A DNA stretch of 64,000 bases from Alphaproteobacteria bacterium (GTDB lineage Bacteria; Pseudomonadota; Alphaproteobacteria; UBA7887). Position numbers and translations under genes: made by a program. Below the pieces are notes generated by a model, which made no database searches, had not been told where the DNA came from, and saw only the letters and a list, made by a program, of their open reading frames with translations. Where the stretch lies: NCBI GenBank assembly GCA_965216755.1, contig CBDCGL010000011.1, positions 4,160,001-4,224,000 of the forward strand, read 5' to 3'. Below are positions 39,347 through 49,821 of the stretch, piece after piece (position 1 is the stretch's first letter; each line of letters begins with the position of its first letter).

Positions 39347-39934
39347 ATGAGAACTCAGATCATATGCGATATTGCAGCCTTTGCTGGCGCCTGGACGAAG
39401 GCGCTGCGCGTTGGCCGTCGTGGCCATGTGGCCGTCATGCTGGTGACAACTCTAACGATTGGCGGCTGTCAGATTCAGATGGGCGTCTATGCCGGCTTGA
39501 CAGAGAGCGATCGGTTGATCATGGCTGACGCGACGCAGCAGGCCTTAGATAACAATCGGACTGGCGAAAGCACCAACTGGTCCAATGACGAAACCGGCCA
39601 TTTGGGCACGATCACACCAACCGCGACGCGCAAGTCCTCGGCCGGTGAGGATTGCCGTGGCTATCAAGAAACTTTCACGATCGACGGTGAGACCCAACGT
39701 GGCGATGGCATTGCTTGCCGCACGGCCAACGGGGTCTGGGAAACCATTGATCTGCGCTATGCCCGCCGCGGCGACCATTACGATCCATATGGTTATCCGT
39801 ACTACTGGTACCCTCCTTACGACTATTGGCCGCCGGATATATTTTATCGGCATCATTTATGGTTTGGTCACCACCGTCGCTATCATAACAGGCACGGTGC
39901 GACATTCGGCTTCCATTTTGGCCATTATTTCTAG
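39347..39934 (+). CDS. RT0821/Lpp0805 (17-kDa antigen-like) lipoprotein with Tyr/His-rich tail
   Basis: IGGC lipobox-like, WSNDETG, CRGY...ACRTANGVW; start uncertain. Confidence 0.72.
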   Translation: MRTQIICDIAAFAGAWTKALRVGRRGHVAVMLVTTLTIGGCQIQMGVYAGLTESDRLIMADATQQALDNNRTGESTNWSNDETGHLGTITPTATRKSSAGEDCRGYQETFTIDGETQRGDGIACRTANGVWETIDLRYARRGDHYDPYGYPYYWYPPYDYWPPDIFYRHHLWFGHHRRYHNRHGATFGFHFGHYF

Positions 39935-40176
39935 GGGTTAGCGGAGACACGGGCGTTGAGATTGTGCGTTATGCACAAAGTAAGGGAGCTAAAAAAGGTC
40001 TGCCACTTGCGGCAAATTTTCTTGTCACCTGGATCAATGAGGAGTCGACTCACTCAAATCGGTGTCATAAAATGGATATCAATGATCGCTGATCGGGCTT
40101 TCGCCCAATAAGGTCTGGCTGGTGGTCTATTGGTTCTAGGACGCTCGTTTTTTCGGAGTGTGCGTCTCCTATCGAC

Positions 40177-40214
40177 AAAGCCGCCTGGGTGTGAGTGCCC
40201 AGGCGGCGTTTTTC
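40177..40214 (+). terminator. Rho-independent terminator
   Basis: GCCGCCTGGG/CCCAGGCGGC 10-bp stem followed by GTTTTT. Confidence 0.7.
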
Positions 40215-40411
40215 GTTGGGCAAGTGGTCCATGCTGGCTTGCTTGCGTGGCGGCGACGCATTGGTCAAGATCACAGATATAGCTGTTCGCGCTATCCTGC
40301 CGCCGCCCGCTCGAATGACGGACGCTGGTACCGGCACCTATGGCGCTGATCAGCAAAAATTGGGGCTCTCGACAATTCGGCCCGATGAATCATGGGGAGG
40401 ACGCACGCGCC

Positions 40412-42379
40412 ATGGAAGCCACGACCGCGCTGCACGAAAAACTCTATCGCACAATGGTGCAAATTCGCGCCTTTGAGGACCGTACGACCAAATTGTTCAA
40501 TGACGGTTTCGTCAAAGGCACGGCCCACAGTTATATGGGCGAGGAAGCGGTGGCGGCCGGCGCGTGCGCCGCATTGCGTGAGGACGATTATATCGCCAGC
40601 TATCACCGCGGCCATGGCCATTGCATCGCCAAGGGCGCCGATCTCAATCTGATGATGGCGGAACTCATGGGCCGCGACACCGGCTATTGCCGGGGTCTTG
40701 GTGGCTCGATGCACATCGCCGACCTTAAGCTCAATATTCTCGGCGCCAATGGCATCGTCGGCGCCGGTATGCCGCTGGCGACGGGCGCCGGATTGGCGGC
40801 GCGCATTCGCGACTCGGACCAGGTGTCGATCGCCTTTTTCGGCGATGGCGCCAGCAGCCAAGGGGTTTTCCACGAATCGCTGAACTTGGCCAAGGTCTGG
40901 AAACTGCCGGTTATTTTTATTTGTGAAAACAACCAATACGGCTTGTCGACCGCGTTCAAGAATATATCCGCGGTGGATCGGGTCTCGACGCGGTCGACCG
41001 CCTACGACGTGCCGGGAACGACCGTTGATGGCAATGATGTATTGGCCGTGCACGAAGCTGTCAGCGCTGCCGTGGTGCGGGCCCGTTCGGGTGAGGGGCC
41101 GAGTTTGATCGAAGCGCTGACCTATCGCTGGGGCCAACACAGCATGCGCGCAAACCTGCCCGATCCGCGTGCGGACAAGGAAATCGAGCAATGGATGGCC
41201 CGTGATCCGATCCCGCGCTTCGAGGATGTGCTCGAAGAGCGCAAGATCTTAAGCCGCGCGCGCATGGATGAGATCAAGGCCGAGGCAGAAGTCGCTATGG
41301 ACTCGGCCGTTGCGTTTGGTGAGAAAAGCCCGGAGCCGACGGTCGCGATGATGGAACAGGCCGTGTACGCGCCCCATGTGCTGCACAATGCACCGCCGGC
41401 CGAAGGCCGCAGCTTGAGCTTTCCCGACGCCCTGAATGAAGCCATGCGCCAGGAGATGGCGCGCGACGAGAGTGTCTTTTTGATGGGCGAGGATGTGGGA
41501 AAAACCGGCGGTATCTTCACCGTGTCGAAGGGCTTGCTCGACGAATTCGGGCCCGAGCGCGTGCGCGACACACCGATTGCCGAGGCGACCTTCTCGGGCG
41601 CCGGCGTGGGCGCCGCGATCGCCGGCATGCGCCCGGTCGTCGAAGTCCAGATCTTCGACTTCGTCAGCCTGATGATGGACATGATCGTCAACCAGGCGGC
41701 CAAGTTCCGCTACATGCTGGGCGGTAAGCCGACCGTGCCATTGGTCATCCGCGGCCCGCAAGGTGGCGGCATACGCCTTGCCGCGCAGCATTCGCAAAGC
41801 CTGGAAGCCTGGTTTACCCATGTGCCGGGCTTGGTGGTGGTGGCACCATCGACGCCCTACGACGCCAAGGGCTTGCTGACCGCCGCAATCCGTGACGACA
41901 ACCCGGTGATTTTCTTGGAGCACAAGCTGCTCTATCTCGGCCAAACCGGCCCGGTCCCGGAAGATCCCTACGCGATTCCGCTGGGCAAGGCTGACGTCAA
42001 ACAAGAGGGCACCGACGTCACCATTGTTGCGACCCAAATGATGGTGCATCGTGCCTTGGCGGCCGCCAACGATCTGGCCCGCGCCGGGATCAGCGCGGAG
42101 GTGATCGATCCGCGTACTTTGGTACCCCTGGATCTTGACACCATCGTGGCCTCGGTGCGCAAGACCAATCGGGTCGTGATTGCGCATGAGGCGGTTAAAC
42201 GCGGCGGCTATGGCGCGGAGATCTCGGCGCAGATCACCGAGAACGCCTTTGATTATTTGGACGCGCCGATTGTCCGGGTTGGCGCCCGTGCTGTGCCGAT
42301 GCCTTACAATGACGAGCTGGAACGGTCGGTGATCCCAACCCAGCAGGACATTGTCGACGCCGCCAAGGGCTTGTTCTAG
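40412..42379 (+). CDS. Fused alpha/beta E1 component of a 2-oxoacid/acetoin dehydrogenase (ThDP)
   Basis: YHRGHGH, GDGA...ENN, DTPIAE, AAQHSQ; RBS GGGGAGG. Confidence 0.92.
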   Translation: MEATTALHEKLYRTMVQIRAFEDRTTKLFNDGFVKGTAHSYMGEEAVAAGACAALREDDYIASYHRGHGHCIAKGADLNLMMAELMGRDTGYCRGLGGSMHIADLKLNILGANGIVGAGMPLATGAGLAARIRDSDQVSIAFFGDGASSQGVFHESLNLAKVWKLPVIFICENNQYGLSTAFKNISAVDRVSTRSTAYDVPGTTVDGNDVLAVHEAVSAAVVRARSGEGPSLIEALTYRWGQHSMRANLPDPRADKEIEQWMARDPIPRFEDVLEERKILSRARMDEIKAEAEVAMDSAVAFGEKSPEPTVAMMEQAVYAPHVLHNAPPAEGRSLSFPDALNEAMRQEMARDESVFLMGEDVGKTGGIFTVSKGLLDEFGPERVRDTPIAEATFSGAGVGAAIAGMRPVVEVQIFDFVSLMMDMIVNQAAKFRYMLGGKPTVPLVIRGPQGGGIRLAAQHSQSLEAWFTHVPGLVVVAPSTPYDAKGLLTAAIRDDNPVIFLEHKLLYLGQTGPVPEDPYAIPLGKADVKQEGTDVTIVATQMMVHRALAAANDLARAGISAEVIDPRTLVPLDLDTIVASVRKTNRVVIAHEAVKRGGYGAEISAQITENAFDYLDAPIVRVGARAVPMPYNDELERSVIPTQQDIVDAAKGLF

Positions 42380-43221
42380 TTCGCTGCGGTTTCATCTAGC
42401 GCGGCGTCGAGGCCGCGCAAATAGCCGATCGCGCGTGCCGCGCGCGCGGCGCCGTCCGGCTCGTAAATAAACGGCTCGACCGCGATGACGCCGTCGTAGC
42501 CATTGCGCCGCAGTGCGCTCAATATGGCGGCGAAATCGTCGCAACCCTGTCCGGGCGCTTTTTTGTTGGTGTCGTTGACTTGGATGTGGCGAATGTGGCC
42601 GGTTGGCAACCAACGATCGATCACTGTCGGCAGCGGGTCGGTTTCGGCGATACCGCTGGAACAGGTGTCGATCATGGTTGCCATAGCCGGGCTGTCGACC
42701 GCCTCGACCATGGCGACGGCATCAGCGATTGTGTTGATAAAGTTGGTTTCGCGTGACGCCAATGCCTCAATGCAATAGGTGATGCCGGCTTGCGCCGCAC
42801 TGTCGGCGATCGCCGCGAATGTATCTCGTGCGCGCGCCCAATAGGCCTGCGGGTCGCCGTCGGATGGGACATGACGTGCCGGCGGCGAGCCATGAACCAT
42901 GATTTTGGCCCCTAGGTCGGCGCTCAATCCGATTAGCCTTTGCAGGACCGCGATGGTTCGCGCGCGCAAATCATCGTCGGTGCTATGGATCGACAGGCCC
43001 GGAGGCGTTACCAACAGCCAGTGCAAACTGACAATCTCAAGACCCACGTCCGAGGCCGCCCGGCGGATCGTCGCACGTTCACTGGCGGGCATCAGGTGCG
43101 GCGTCTCGCCCAATGTGAAGGGGGCCAACTCGATTGCGTCATAGCCGACCGCCGCCGCAAACGCGCACTGGTCGGCGAACGGCAGATCGCGGATCACTTC
43201 GTTGCAAAGCGCGTATTTCAT
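42376..43221 (-). CDS. Sugar phosphate isomerase/epimerase (xylose isomerase-like TIM barrel)
   Basis: CIEAL, HIQVND, VEPF; start reset to MKYALCNE. Confidence 0.85.
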   Translation of the reverse strand: MKYALCNEVIRDLPFADQCAFAAAVGYDAIELAPFTLGETPHLMPASERATIRRAASDVGLEIVSLHWLLVTPPGLSIHSTDDDLRARTIAVLQRLIGLSADLGAKIMVHGSPPARHVPSDGDPQAYWARARDTFAAIADSAAQAGITYCIEALASRETNFINTIADAVAMVEAVDSPAMATMIDTCSSGIAETDPLPTVIDRWLPTGHIRHIQVNDTNKKAPGQGCDDFAAILSALRRNGYDGVIAVEPFIYEPDGAARAARAIGYLRGLDAALDETAAN

Positions 43222-44741
43222 CAGTTCGAATCCCGGGTGCGGCGCAACGGTATCAGCCAGCGGCCGATGTTGCGGCGCAGTGCTGGGAAACTGAGCAAGA
43301 TGGTCAACAACGTGACGGTTGCCAAGACCGCACAGATGGGTCGGGTGAGAAAGGGCGTGATGTCGCCGTCGGTCAGGACCAGGCCGCGGCGCAAGCTTTT
43401 GTCCAGGATTTCGCCCAGCACAATGCCCAGCACAAGGGGCGCCATGGGATAGTTCATTTGGCGTAATGCAAAGCCGAGCAAGCCGAAGCCCAGCATGACC
43501 CAAATGTCGAAGATACGGCTGGCGATGGCGAACGACCCAATCGTGCATAGCACGAAAATGACCGACATCAGGTGGGCCCGCGACACTTGCAGGACCATCA
43601 ACAGCAGGCGCGTCAAGATTAGCCCGTAGAACAGGATCGCCAAACTGGCGAGAAAGATCATAGCCACCACTTCGTACACGAATGTGGGCGATTCGATCAT
43701 GATCAACGGGCCGGGCCGCACCCCGTGAATGAACATGGCGGCCAGCAACACCGCCGCGGGCGCCGAGCCCGGCACGGCCAGGGTCAGTACCGGAATGATC
43801 GCGCCCGGCACGGCGGCGCTGTTGCCGGTTTCCGCGGCCATCAAACCATCCACGGAACCGCTGCCGAATTGGTCGCGTTCCTTGCTGGTGCGCCGCGCCG
43901 CCGCGTAGGACGCCCAGGCGCCCATGTCCTCCCCGACGCCGGGGATCAGGCCCATCATGGTGCCGATCACGCCGGACCGCAGGATCGTCCAACGATAGTG
44001 CAGCACTTCGCCGAGACGGGGCAGAACGGAATCCATCTTGCCGCGCACCGTTTCATAGGCGCGGCTTTGCATGACCACGAGGATTTCAGCAAAGCCAAAC
44101 GCGCCCACCAGGGCGGGCAGCAGACCGAAACCACCCGCCAGATCCGTGACCCCGAAACTAAAACGTTCATAGGCATGAATGCCTTCCATGCCCACGGTTG
44201 CCAGAAGCAGACCCAAGAAACCCGCCAACCACCCCTTGAGAGGATCTCCAAGCGCGGTCAAGTGGCCGGAAATCACAATGCCGAACAGCGCCAGCCAAAA
44301 GAATTCGTAAGCGCCGAAGGCGAGCGCGAAGTCGGCCAAGATCGGCGCCAACACCGCCAGAAATACCATGCCGATCAGCGTGCCGATGACGGATCCTGAG
44401 GTCGCGATACCCATTGCGCGCCCGGCGCGCCCACTGCGCGCCAGCGGGAAACCATCCAATGTTGCGGCGGCGCTCGCGGGCGTGCCCGGGATGTTGAGCA
44501 AAATCGCGCTGCGGCTGCCGCCATAGATGGCACCGACATACATGCAGATCAGGATCAGAATCGCATCGCCGGCTTCCATGCGGAAGGTCAGCGTGGTCAT
44601 CAGCGCGACGCCAAGCGTCGCGGTCAAGCCGGGCATCATGCCGACGGTAATGCCCAGCAAAGTTGCCCACAGCACGCTGAACAGCGGCGACCAATGCATA
44701 AGGGCCGCCAGCGCCGCGATCAATTGTCCCAGCCCTTCCAT
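43221..44741 (-). CDS. tctA: Tripartite tricarboxylate transporter large permease
   Basis: PGLTAT, YGGSRSAILLNIPGTP, LAVPGS. Confidence 0.92.
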   Translation of the reverse strand: MEGLGQLIAALAALMHWSPLFSVLWATLLGITVGMMPGLTATLGVALMTTLTFRMEAGDAILILICMYVGAIYGGSRSAILLNIPGTPASAAATLDGFPLARSGRAGRAMGIATSGSVIGTLIGMVFLAVLAPILADFALAFGAYEFFWLALFGIVISGHLTALGDPLKGWLAGFLGLLLATVGMEGIHAYERFSFGVTDLAGGFGLLPALVGAFGFAEILVVMQSRAYETVRGKMDSVLPRLGEVLHYRWTILRSGVIGTMMGLIPGVGEDMGAWASYAAARRTSKERDQFGSGSVDGLMAAETGNSAAVPGAIIPVLTLAVPGSAPAAVLLAAMFIHGVRPGPLIMIESPTFVYEVVAMIFLASLAILFYGLILTRLLLMVLQVSRAHLMSVIFVLCTIGSFAIASRIFDIWVMLGFGLLGFALRQMNYPMAPLVLGIVLGEILDKSLRRGLVLTDGDITPFLTRPICAVLATVTLLTILLSFPALRRNIGRWLIPLRRTRDSN

Positions 44742-44747
44742 GGCAGG

Positions 44748-45248
44748 CTAGGGCAATCGAACCAGAAACACGTAGCGAAAGACCAGCGTGACGATGACGG
44801 CGACGATGACGGCCTGGACCAGGGCGGTCGTCGTGAGTCGAGTCAAATCGCGGCGCGAGGCGCCGCGCCGATACGCGAAAACGACGATGAAGGCAAAGAC
44901 GAACAGGCCGGTTGCCAACCAAAACGGCAGCGTTCCGACCAGCCCGGCCGCGTAGCCGATGGTCAGGCCGAGCGTGATAAGCACCCGCTGCGCGGCCGGC
45001 GTGCGGACCAATGTACCGGTCCCGGCCCAGGGATTGCCAATGCGCCAACCGCCGCGCCGTGCAGCGCGTAGGGTGAGCAGCAATCCCAACGCCAGAATCA
45101 TGACGCCAAGCAGGCCCGGCACGATCCCCGGCACCGTGTAGGGATTGACGGACAGATGCGCGAAGCGCGGCATGCGCAAGGATTCGAATAGCGCAAACAG
45201 GCCGAGCCCGAAAAACAGGAGGCCGGTGACGAAATCCGCGCGGGCCAT
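44748..45248 (-). CDS. tctB: Tripartite tricarboxylate transporter small subunit
   Basis: 4 TM helices, PGIVP, C-terminal FLVRLP. Confidence 0.85.
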   Translation of the reverse strand: MARADFVTGLLFFGLGLFALFESLRMPRFAHLSVNPYTVPGIVPGLLGVMILALGLLLTLRAARRGGWRIGNPWAGTGTLVRTPAAQRVLITLGLTIGYAAGLVGTLPFWLATGLFVFAFIVVFAYRRGASRRDLTRLTTTALVQAVIVAVIVTLVFRYVFLVRLP

Positions 45249-45251
45249 GCT

Positions 45252-46259
45252 TTAAGGCTTCGGTATGCCCGCGTCCTCGGGCGACATCACAGTGCGGCCG
45301 GCAGCATGCAACATCCAGGCGTCGGCTTGTACAGTCGGATAGACTTCATCGTGGGCCTTTTCACCATAGAACGGCGCAAACACCGTGCCCCGTTGCTTGG
45401 CATATGCCTGCAGCGCCGCTGAATTGGCGATCTTGTCCTGCCAGATCGTATCGAACGTGGCGATGACGTCCGGTGGGATATCGTGCGGCACGAAGATGCC
45501 GAAATGGGTCAAGGTGTTGGGAATTTCACCGACCCAGTCGCTGACTGGTGGCAAGGTTCCCAGGCCCTCCATCGCGACCGGCTCGTTGGCGGCAACGGCC
45601 AATATGCGCAGGCGGCCGGCGCGCGCCATTTCGATCTGTTCGGTCGAAAGTTGGGTCGTGACCTCAGTTTCCCCTGCCACCGTGGCGATTACGGCAGGAT
45701 TGCCGCCATCATAGCTGACGTGGCGATATTGCAGGTCAGCGGCTTGGGCGATGGCTTCCATGGTGGAATGGCCGGAAGATCCCACGCCCGCGGTGGCGAC
45801 CGAGATCTCGCCGGGCCGTGCGCGCATGGCGTCGACCAAGTCGGCCATGGTCTGGTAGGGCGTGTCGGGATTGACACCGACCAAGCTTGGCGTGACCACA
45901 TCCAGGTAAAGGAGCCAATCTTCAATGTTCGTATCGAACAGCCCGGTCAGCTTATAGGTGCCGAGCATTTTGGCGCCGCCCGCGGTCCAGGTGTAACCGT
46001 CATGGGGCGCCTGCCAGGTGTTCTTTTTGCCGATCGAACCGGACGCACCGGGCTGATTGACCACGACAATTTTCTGACCGAGGGCGGTTTCAAGCTCGCC
46101 CGCCAGGACGCGGGTCACCTGGTCGGTCGAGCCGCCGGCGGCCCAGGGCACGATTATCGTGATTGGTTTGGTCGGCTGCCATGGCAGATCATCGGCCAAA
46201 GCGGCACCGCCGAGGATGACGACCGCCAACGCGGCGCAAACAACTTTGAATCCGTGCAT
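45252..46259 (-). CDS. tctC: Tripartite tricarboxylate transporter binding protein (Bug)
   Basis: IVPWAAGGSTD, NQPGASG, YDGG. Confidence 0.9.
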   Translation of the reverse strand: MHGFKVVCAALAVVILGGAALADDLPWQPTKPITIIVPWAAGGSTDQVTRVLAGELETALGQKIVVVNQPGASGSIGKKNTWQAPHDGYTWTAGGAKMLGTYKLTGLFDTNIEDWLLYLDVVTPSLVGVNPDTPYQTMADLVDAMRARPGEISVATAGVGSSGHSTMEAIAQAADLQYRHVSYDGGNPAVIATVAGETEVTTQLSTEQIEMARAGRLRILAVAANEPVAMEGLGTLPPVSDWVGEIPNTLTHFGIFVPHDIPPDVIATFDTIWQDKIANSAALQAYAKQRGTVFAPFYGEKAHDEVYPTVQADAWMLHAAGRTVMSPEDAGIPKP

Positions 46260-46395
46260 AGCCGATTCTCCCTCTAATTCACACGCGCCCGTCAATGCGA
46301 AGCATGCCGAGCGCGACGCCGTGCCGTCAAGCGGCTAGCCGACCGCGCTTGGTCGCGCATATCATGGCAATGAGAAAACAAAGGAGGGCTCGGCC

Positions 46396-47412
46396 GTGAC
46401 GTCGAACATGCCGAGAATTCAGACGACGGTGGTCGGATCCTACCCGCTGCCCGATTGGTTGGCGGCTAATCCAACCGAGCAAGCCTTGGACGATGCCGCG
46501 CGCGTCGTCATCCACACCCAAGAACATGCCGGTATCGATCTGGTTTGTGACGGCGAACTATATCGGTTCGATGTCAACCACCCGGCTACCAACGGCATGA
46601 TCGAATATTTCTTGCGGCCTATGGCCGGGGTGCGGACGGCGATTCGGTTCGACGAAGCGGTCGCGTATCGGGCGCGCAGCGACATGGCGTTTCGCAGCCG
46701 CCCGCCTGGCGTCGTTGACGGGCCGATTGAGGCCGGCACGCTCGATTTGCCGGCGGCCTGTGCCCGGGCGCGCGCCCTTGCCCAAGCCCCATTGAAGTTC
46801 ACGCTGACCGGGCCGCATATGCTGGCGAAGACGTTGGTGGACAACTACTACAACGACCGTGACGCGTTGGTCGACGCCATCGCCGATGTGTTGGCCGCCC
46901 AAGTGGCTCAGTGCGATGCCGACGTCATCCAGGTCGACGAAGCCAATCTGCCGGGCCACCCGACGGAATGGCCGATGGCGTCGCGGGCGATCAACAAGGT
47001 GCTCGATGCCATCCCGAGCGTGTCAGCGGTGCATTTGTGCTTTGGCAACTATGGGGGGCAGACAATACAAGACGGTACCTGGGGGCCGTTGCTCGACTAT
47101 CTAAACAGTCTGCATACTGACCACATCGTTATGGAAAATGCGCGTCGGCCGGCTGAAGAATTGGCTGTTTTTCGGGACCTCAAACCAGAAATTGGCATGG
47201 GGCTTGGCGTGATCGATATCAAACAGACCGAGATCGAAAGCGCCGACGACGTGGCCCGCGCGATCGAGCGCGCCGATACTGTGATTGGCGCCGGACGGGT
47301 GCGCTATATCCACCCGGATTGTGGCTTTTGGATGCTCAAACGCCCAATCGCCGACGCCAAAATCAGAGCGCTCGTCAAGGGCCGCGACGTGTATGAAGGA
47401 CGACACGCATGA
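46396..47412 (+). CDS. Single-domain cobalamin-independent methionine synthase II family protein
   Basis: VGSYP, DGE, HLCFGNY, HPDCG zinc ligands. Confidence 0.85.
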   Translation: MTSNMPRIQTTVVGSYPLPDWLAANPTEQALDDAARVVIHTQEHAGIDLVCDGELYRFDVNHPATNGMIEYFLRPMAGVRTAIRFDEAVAYRARSDMAFRSRPPGVVDGPIEAGTLDLPAACARARALAQAPLKFTLTGPHMLAKTLVDNYYNDRDALVDAIADVLAAQVAQCDADVIQVDEANLPGHPTEWPMASRAINKVLDAIPSVSAVHLCFGNYGGQTIQDGTWGPLLDYLNSLHTDHIVMENARRPAEELAVFRDLKPEIGMGLGVIDIKQTEIESADDVARAIERADTVIGAGRVRYIHPDCGFWMLKRPIADAKIRALVKGRDVYEGRHA

Positions 47413-47568
47413 AACTGAAACGCGTCGAATGTATCGCCATCGTCGCCGCCTGTTGGTCACTTACGGGGCGGAGATGTCGCTGGCCATGACCAGCTTTGGT
47501 GGGTGTATAGACCGTGCCTTCACACCCACGGGTCACCCGCGGACGCGCTCCGTGGGGCAGAAAGTGCG

Positions 47569-48393
47569 CTAAACCAGCGCGGCGAAGCGTTCCTTGGCAA
47601 TGCGGACAACCTCTTCGGGATCGCGCTGCCACCAGTTGTTCTGAGAGAAGATCTCCACTTCGATCGGTCCGTCATAACCGGCCGCGTCGATCCAAGACCG
47701 AATGCGCGCGATATCGATGACGCCGTCACCCATCATGCCGCGATCCAACAAGAAATCGGTCGTCGGCACCAGCCAGTCGCAAACGTGAAAACCGAGAATG
47801 CGGTCTTTGCCGGCGCGGGCGATCTGGCGTTCCAAGGTGGGATCCCACCAGACGTGATAAACATCGACCGCGACGCCCACGCCATCGCCCAACGCGTCGC
47901 AAAGGTCCAAGGCGTGCGACAGCGTGTTGATACAGGTGCGGTCGGCGGCATACATCGGATGCAGCGGCTCGATGGCCAGTGGCACGCCGGACGCGCGGGC
48001 ATGGGGCAGGATCGCCGCCAGTCCGTCGGCGATCATGGCGTGGGCACCGGGTAGATCCTTGGAGCCCTTGGGCAAGCCGCCGCCCAAAATCACCAAACAC
48101 CGCGCGCCGATTGTGGCGGCCTCATCAATTGCACGCTTATTGTCATCAATCACGGCTTGGCGTCCCGCCGCGTCGGCAGCCGGGAACATGCCGCCCCGGC
48201 AGACGCTTGAGGCCGAAAGGCCGGCATCGCGAATGCGCATCCCCGCTTGGTCAACGCCGCACGCGGCCAGCTGATCGCGCCATGGTGCGACCCATCGAAT
48301 GCCCGCGGTGGCACAACCGTCGATAGCCGCCGGGGCATCCCACTTCATACGTGTGGTGGCAAAATTCCATGACAGCCGCGTGCTGTTGGCCAT
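47569..48393 (-). CDS. Sugar phosphate isomerase/epimerase (TIM barrel)
   Basis: IEPLHP, DVYHVWWD, FHVCDW, EVEIF. Confidence 0.88.
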   Translation of the reverse strand: MANSTRLSWNFATTRMKWDAPAAIDGCATAGIRWVAPWRDQLAACGVDQAGMRIRDAGLSASSVCRGGMFPAADAAGRQAVIDDNKRAIDEAATIGARCLVILGGGLPKGSKDLPGAHAMIADGLAAILPHARASGVPLAIEPLHPMYAADRTCINTLSHALDLCDALGDGVGVAVDVYHVWWDPTLERQIARAGKDRILGFHVCDWLVPTTDFLLDRGMMGDGVIDIARIRSWIDAAGYDGPIEVEIFSQNNWWQRDPEEVVRIAKERFAALV

Positions 48394-48396
48394 CGT

Positions 48397-49818
48397 TCAA
48401 ACCTCTTCCGATAACATCGGTCGCAAGCTCGACCAATCCGGCAACGCTGCGGTTGCGAATCCGGGACATGCGAGCGAGCCGATCGCCAATTCGCCGTGGC
48501 GAATGTTTATGCGCACTGGTCCATCCTGCTGATGATAGAGGTCGCCGTGCGCGGCCAAAAATTGCTGTTGTTCGTGTTCCGGCGCGGCGCCCATTCCGTT
48601 CGCATAGTGATGACCATTGCGCTCGACATGACGGCAACCGATCATCGCCGCCAAGGCCAAATCCTGCTGTACGCAAATACCGGCTTGGGTCGACAAATCC
48701 TCGGCCGACATGAAATAGGTGTCGCGGCCGGACTCGCTATTCCAATGGGCGCAACGGGCGCGGTTCAAGAACGATTTGTAGAGACCCTTACAGCCCTTCG
48801 ACGACACGCCGTGATAGCCGAGCGCGCGGGCGCGAGGAAATATATCCAAGGATTCATCGGACTCGTCAATAATCACCGGCTTGCCGATAGTGAGATCGGA
48901 AATATCAATTTCCAACGCGACATTGCGGGAAACCGGTTGCTCAACAAATAGAATCGAATCGTACAAACGGCGCAACGCCGGCGTGGCGCGCATCACAGCC
49001 ATCAATTCTTCAATGCCAGACAGATCATTATATTGCTCATTACCGTCGAGTGTTGAGTGATACGTCTCCCCGCTTTGGTCCAACACCTCGGCGATTTGTG
49101 TCAGCCGTTCGACGTCTGCTTTAAAATCACCGCCAACCTTGATCTTGAAAAATCTCTGGCCGTATGCGCTGACCACCTGATCCAGGGTTTCCGGCAAGCC
49201 ATCATTGACTGACGACTCGCTGGCCGACAATGGGTCGACAAGGCCGACCGTGTGTCGGGGAATTATGGTCGCCGGCGGGTGTATCGTTCCAAGCAGGCCA
49301 TCAATATCGAATCCAGCCAAATCCGTGCTCAGCGCGCCGACCGACAGCCCAGCGATGTTGGCGGCCATGCCCTCAAAAACAGACACATCGGCGAGACGAC
49401 ACACCGCGTCCAGGATGGCCCTGTCAAGGACCGCCGGGCCATAGCAAGACACCAACGGGTTCAAACCACGCGCCGCACCGGCTGCGATCTGGTCGCGATA
49501 GCAAGCTTGATAAAGGCCAAAGGGCGTCTGCCAACCGGCGCTTTGATAGGCGTCGGTCGCCAGCCGCAGTGCGGTGCGCAACTGGCGTTCGTTGTCGGCG
49601 TCGGTCAGGGCCGGGTTTTTGTCGAACCATTTCGGCACCAGCAACTCGGCGGCCACGCCGCTTGATTCGCGGTTCTGTTCATCGCGTACCCGAACGCGCA
49701 CAAACGCCTGCTTCGCTTCGGTGAGAATGATCACGCCAAATCGAAACGGAATCCTCAGCCGCACGTCGCGTTCGGCAAAGGCGACGTCGTCGACCGTGAT
49801 GCGCGGCGCGGCGCTCAA
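48397..49818 (-). CDS. Enolase superfamily (mandelate racemase-like) protein
   Basis: KIK, DGNE, EQP, DES. Confidence 0.8.
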   Translation of the reverse strand: MSAAPRITVDDVAFAERDVRLRIPFRFGVIILTEAKQAFVRVRVRDEQNRESSGVAAELLVPKWFDKNPALTDADNERQLRTALRLATDAYQSAGWQTPFGLYQACYRDQIAAGAARGLNPLVSCYGPAVLDRAILDAVCRLADVSVFEGMAANIAGLSVGALSTDLAGFDIDGLLGTIHPPATIIPRHTVGLVDPLSASESSVNDGLPETLDQVVSAYGQRFFKIKVGGDFKADVERLTQIAEVLDQSGETYHSTLDGNEQYNDLSGIEELMAVMRATPALRRLYDSILFVEQPVSRNVALEIDISDLTIGKPVIIDESDESLDIFPRARALGYHGVSSKGCKGLYKSFLNRARCAHWNSESGRDTYFMSAEDLSTQAGICVQQDLALAAMIGCRHVERNGHHYANGMGAAPEHEQQQFLAAHGDLYHQQDGPVRINIRHGELAIGSLACPGFATAALPDWSSLRPMLSEEV

Positions 49819-49821
49819 AGC

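Noticed and set aside
43222-43992. N-terminal extension of the 538-aa ORF suggesting a fusion
   Set aside because: Overlaps tctA in another frame; the real start is MKYALCNE at 43221
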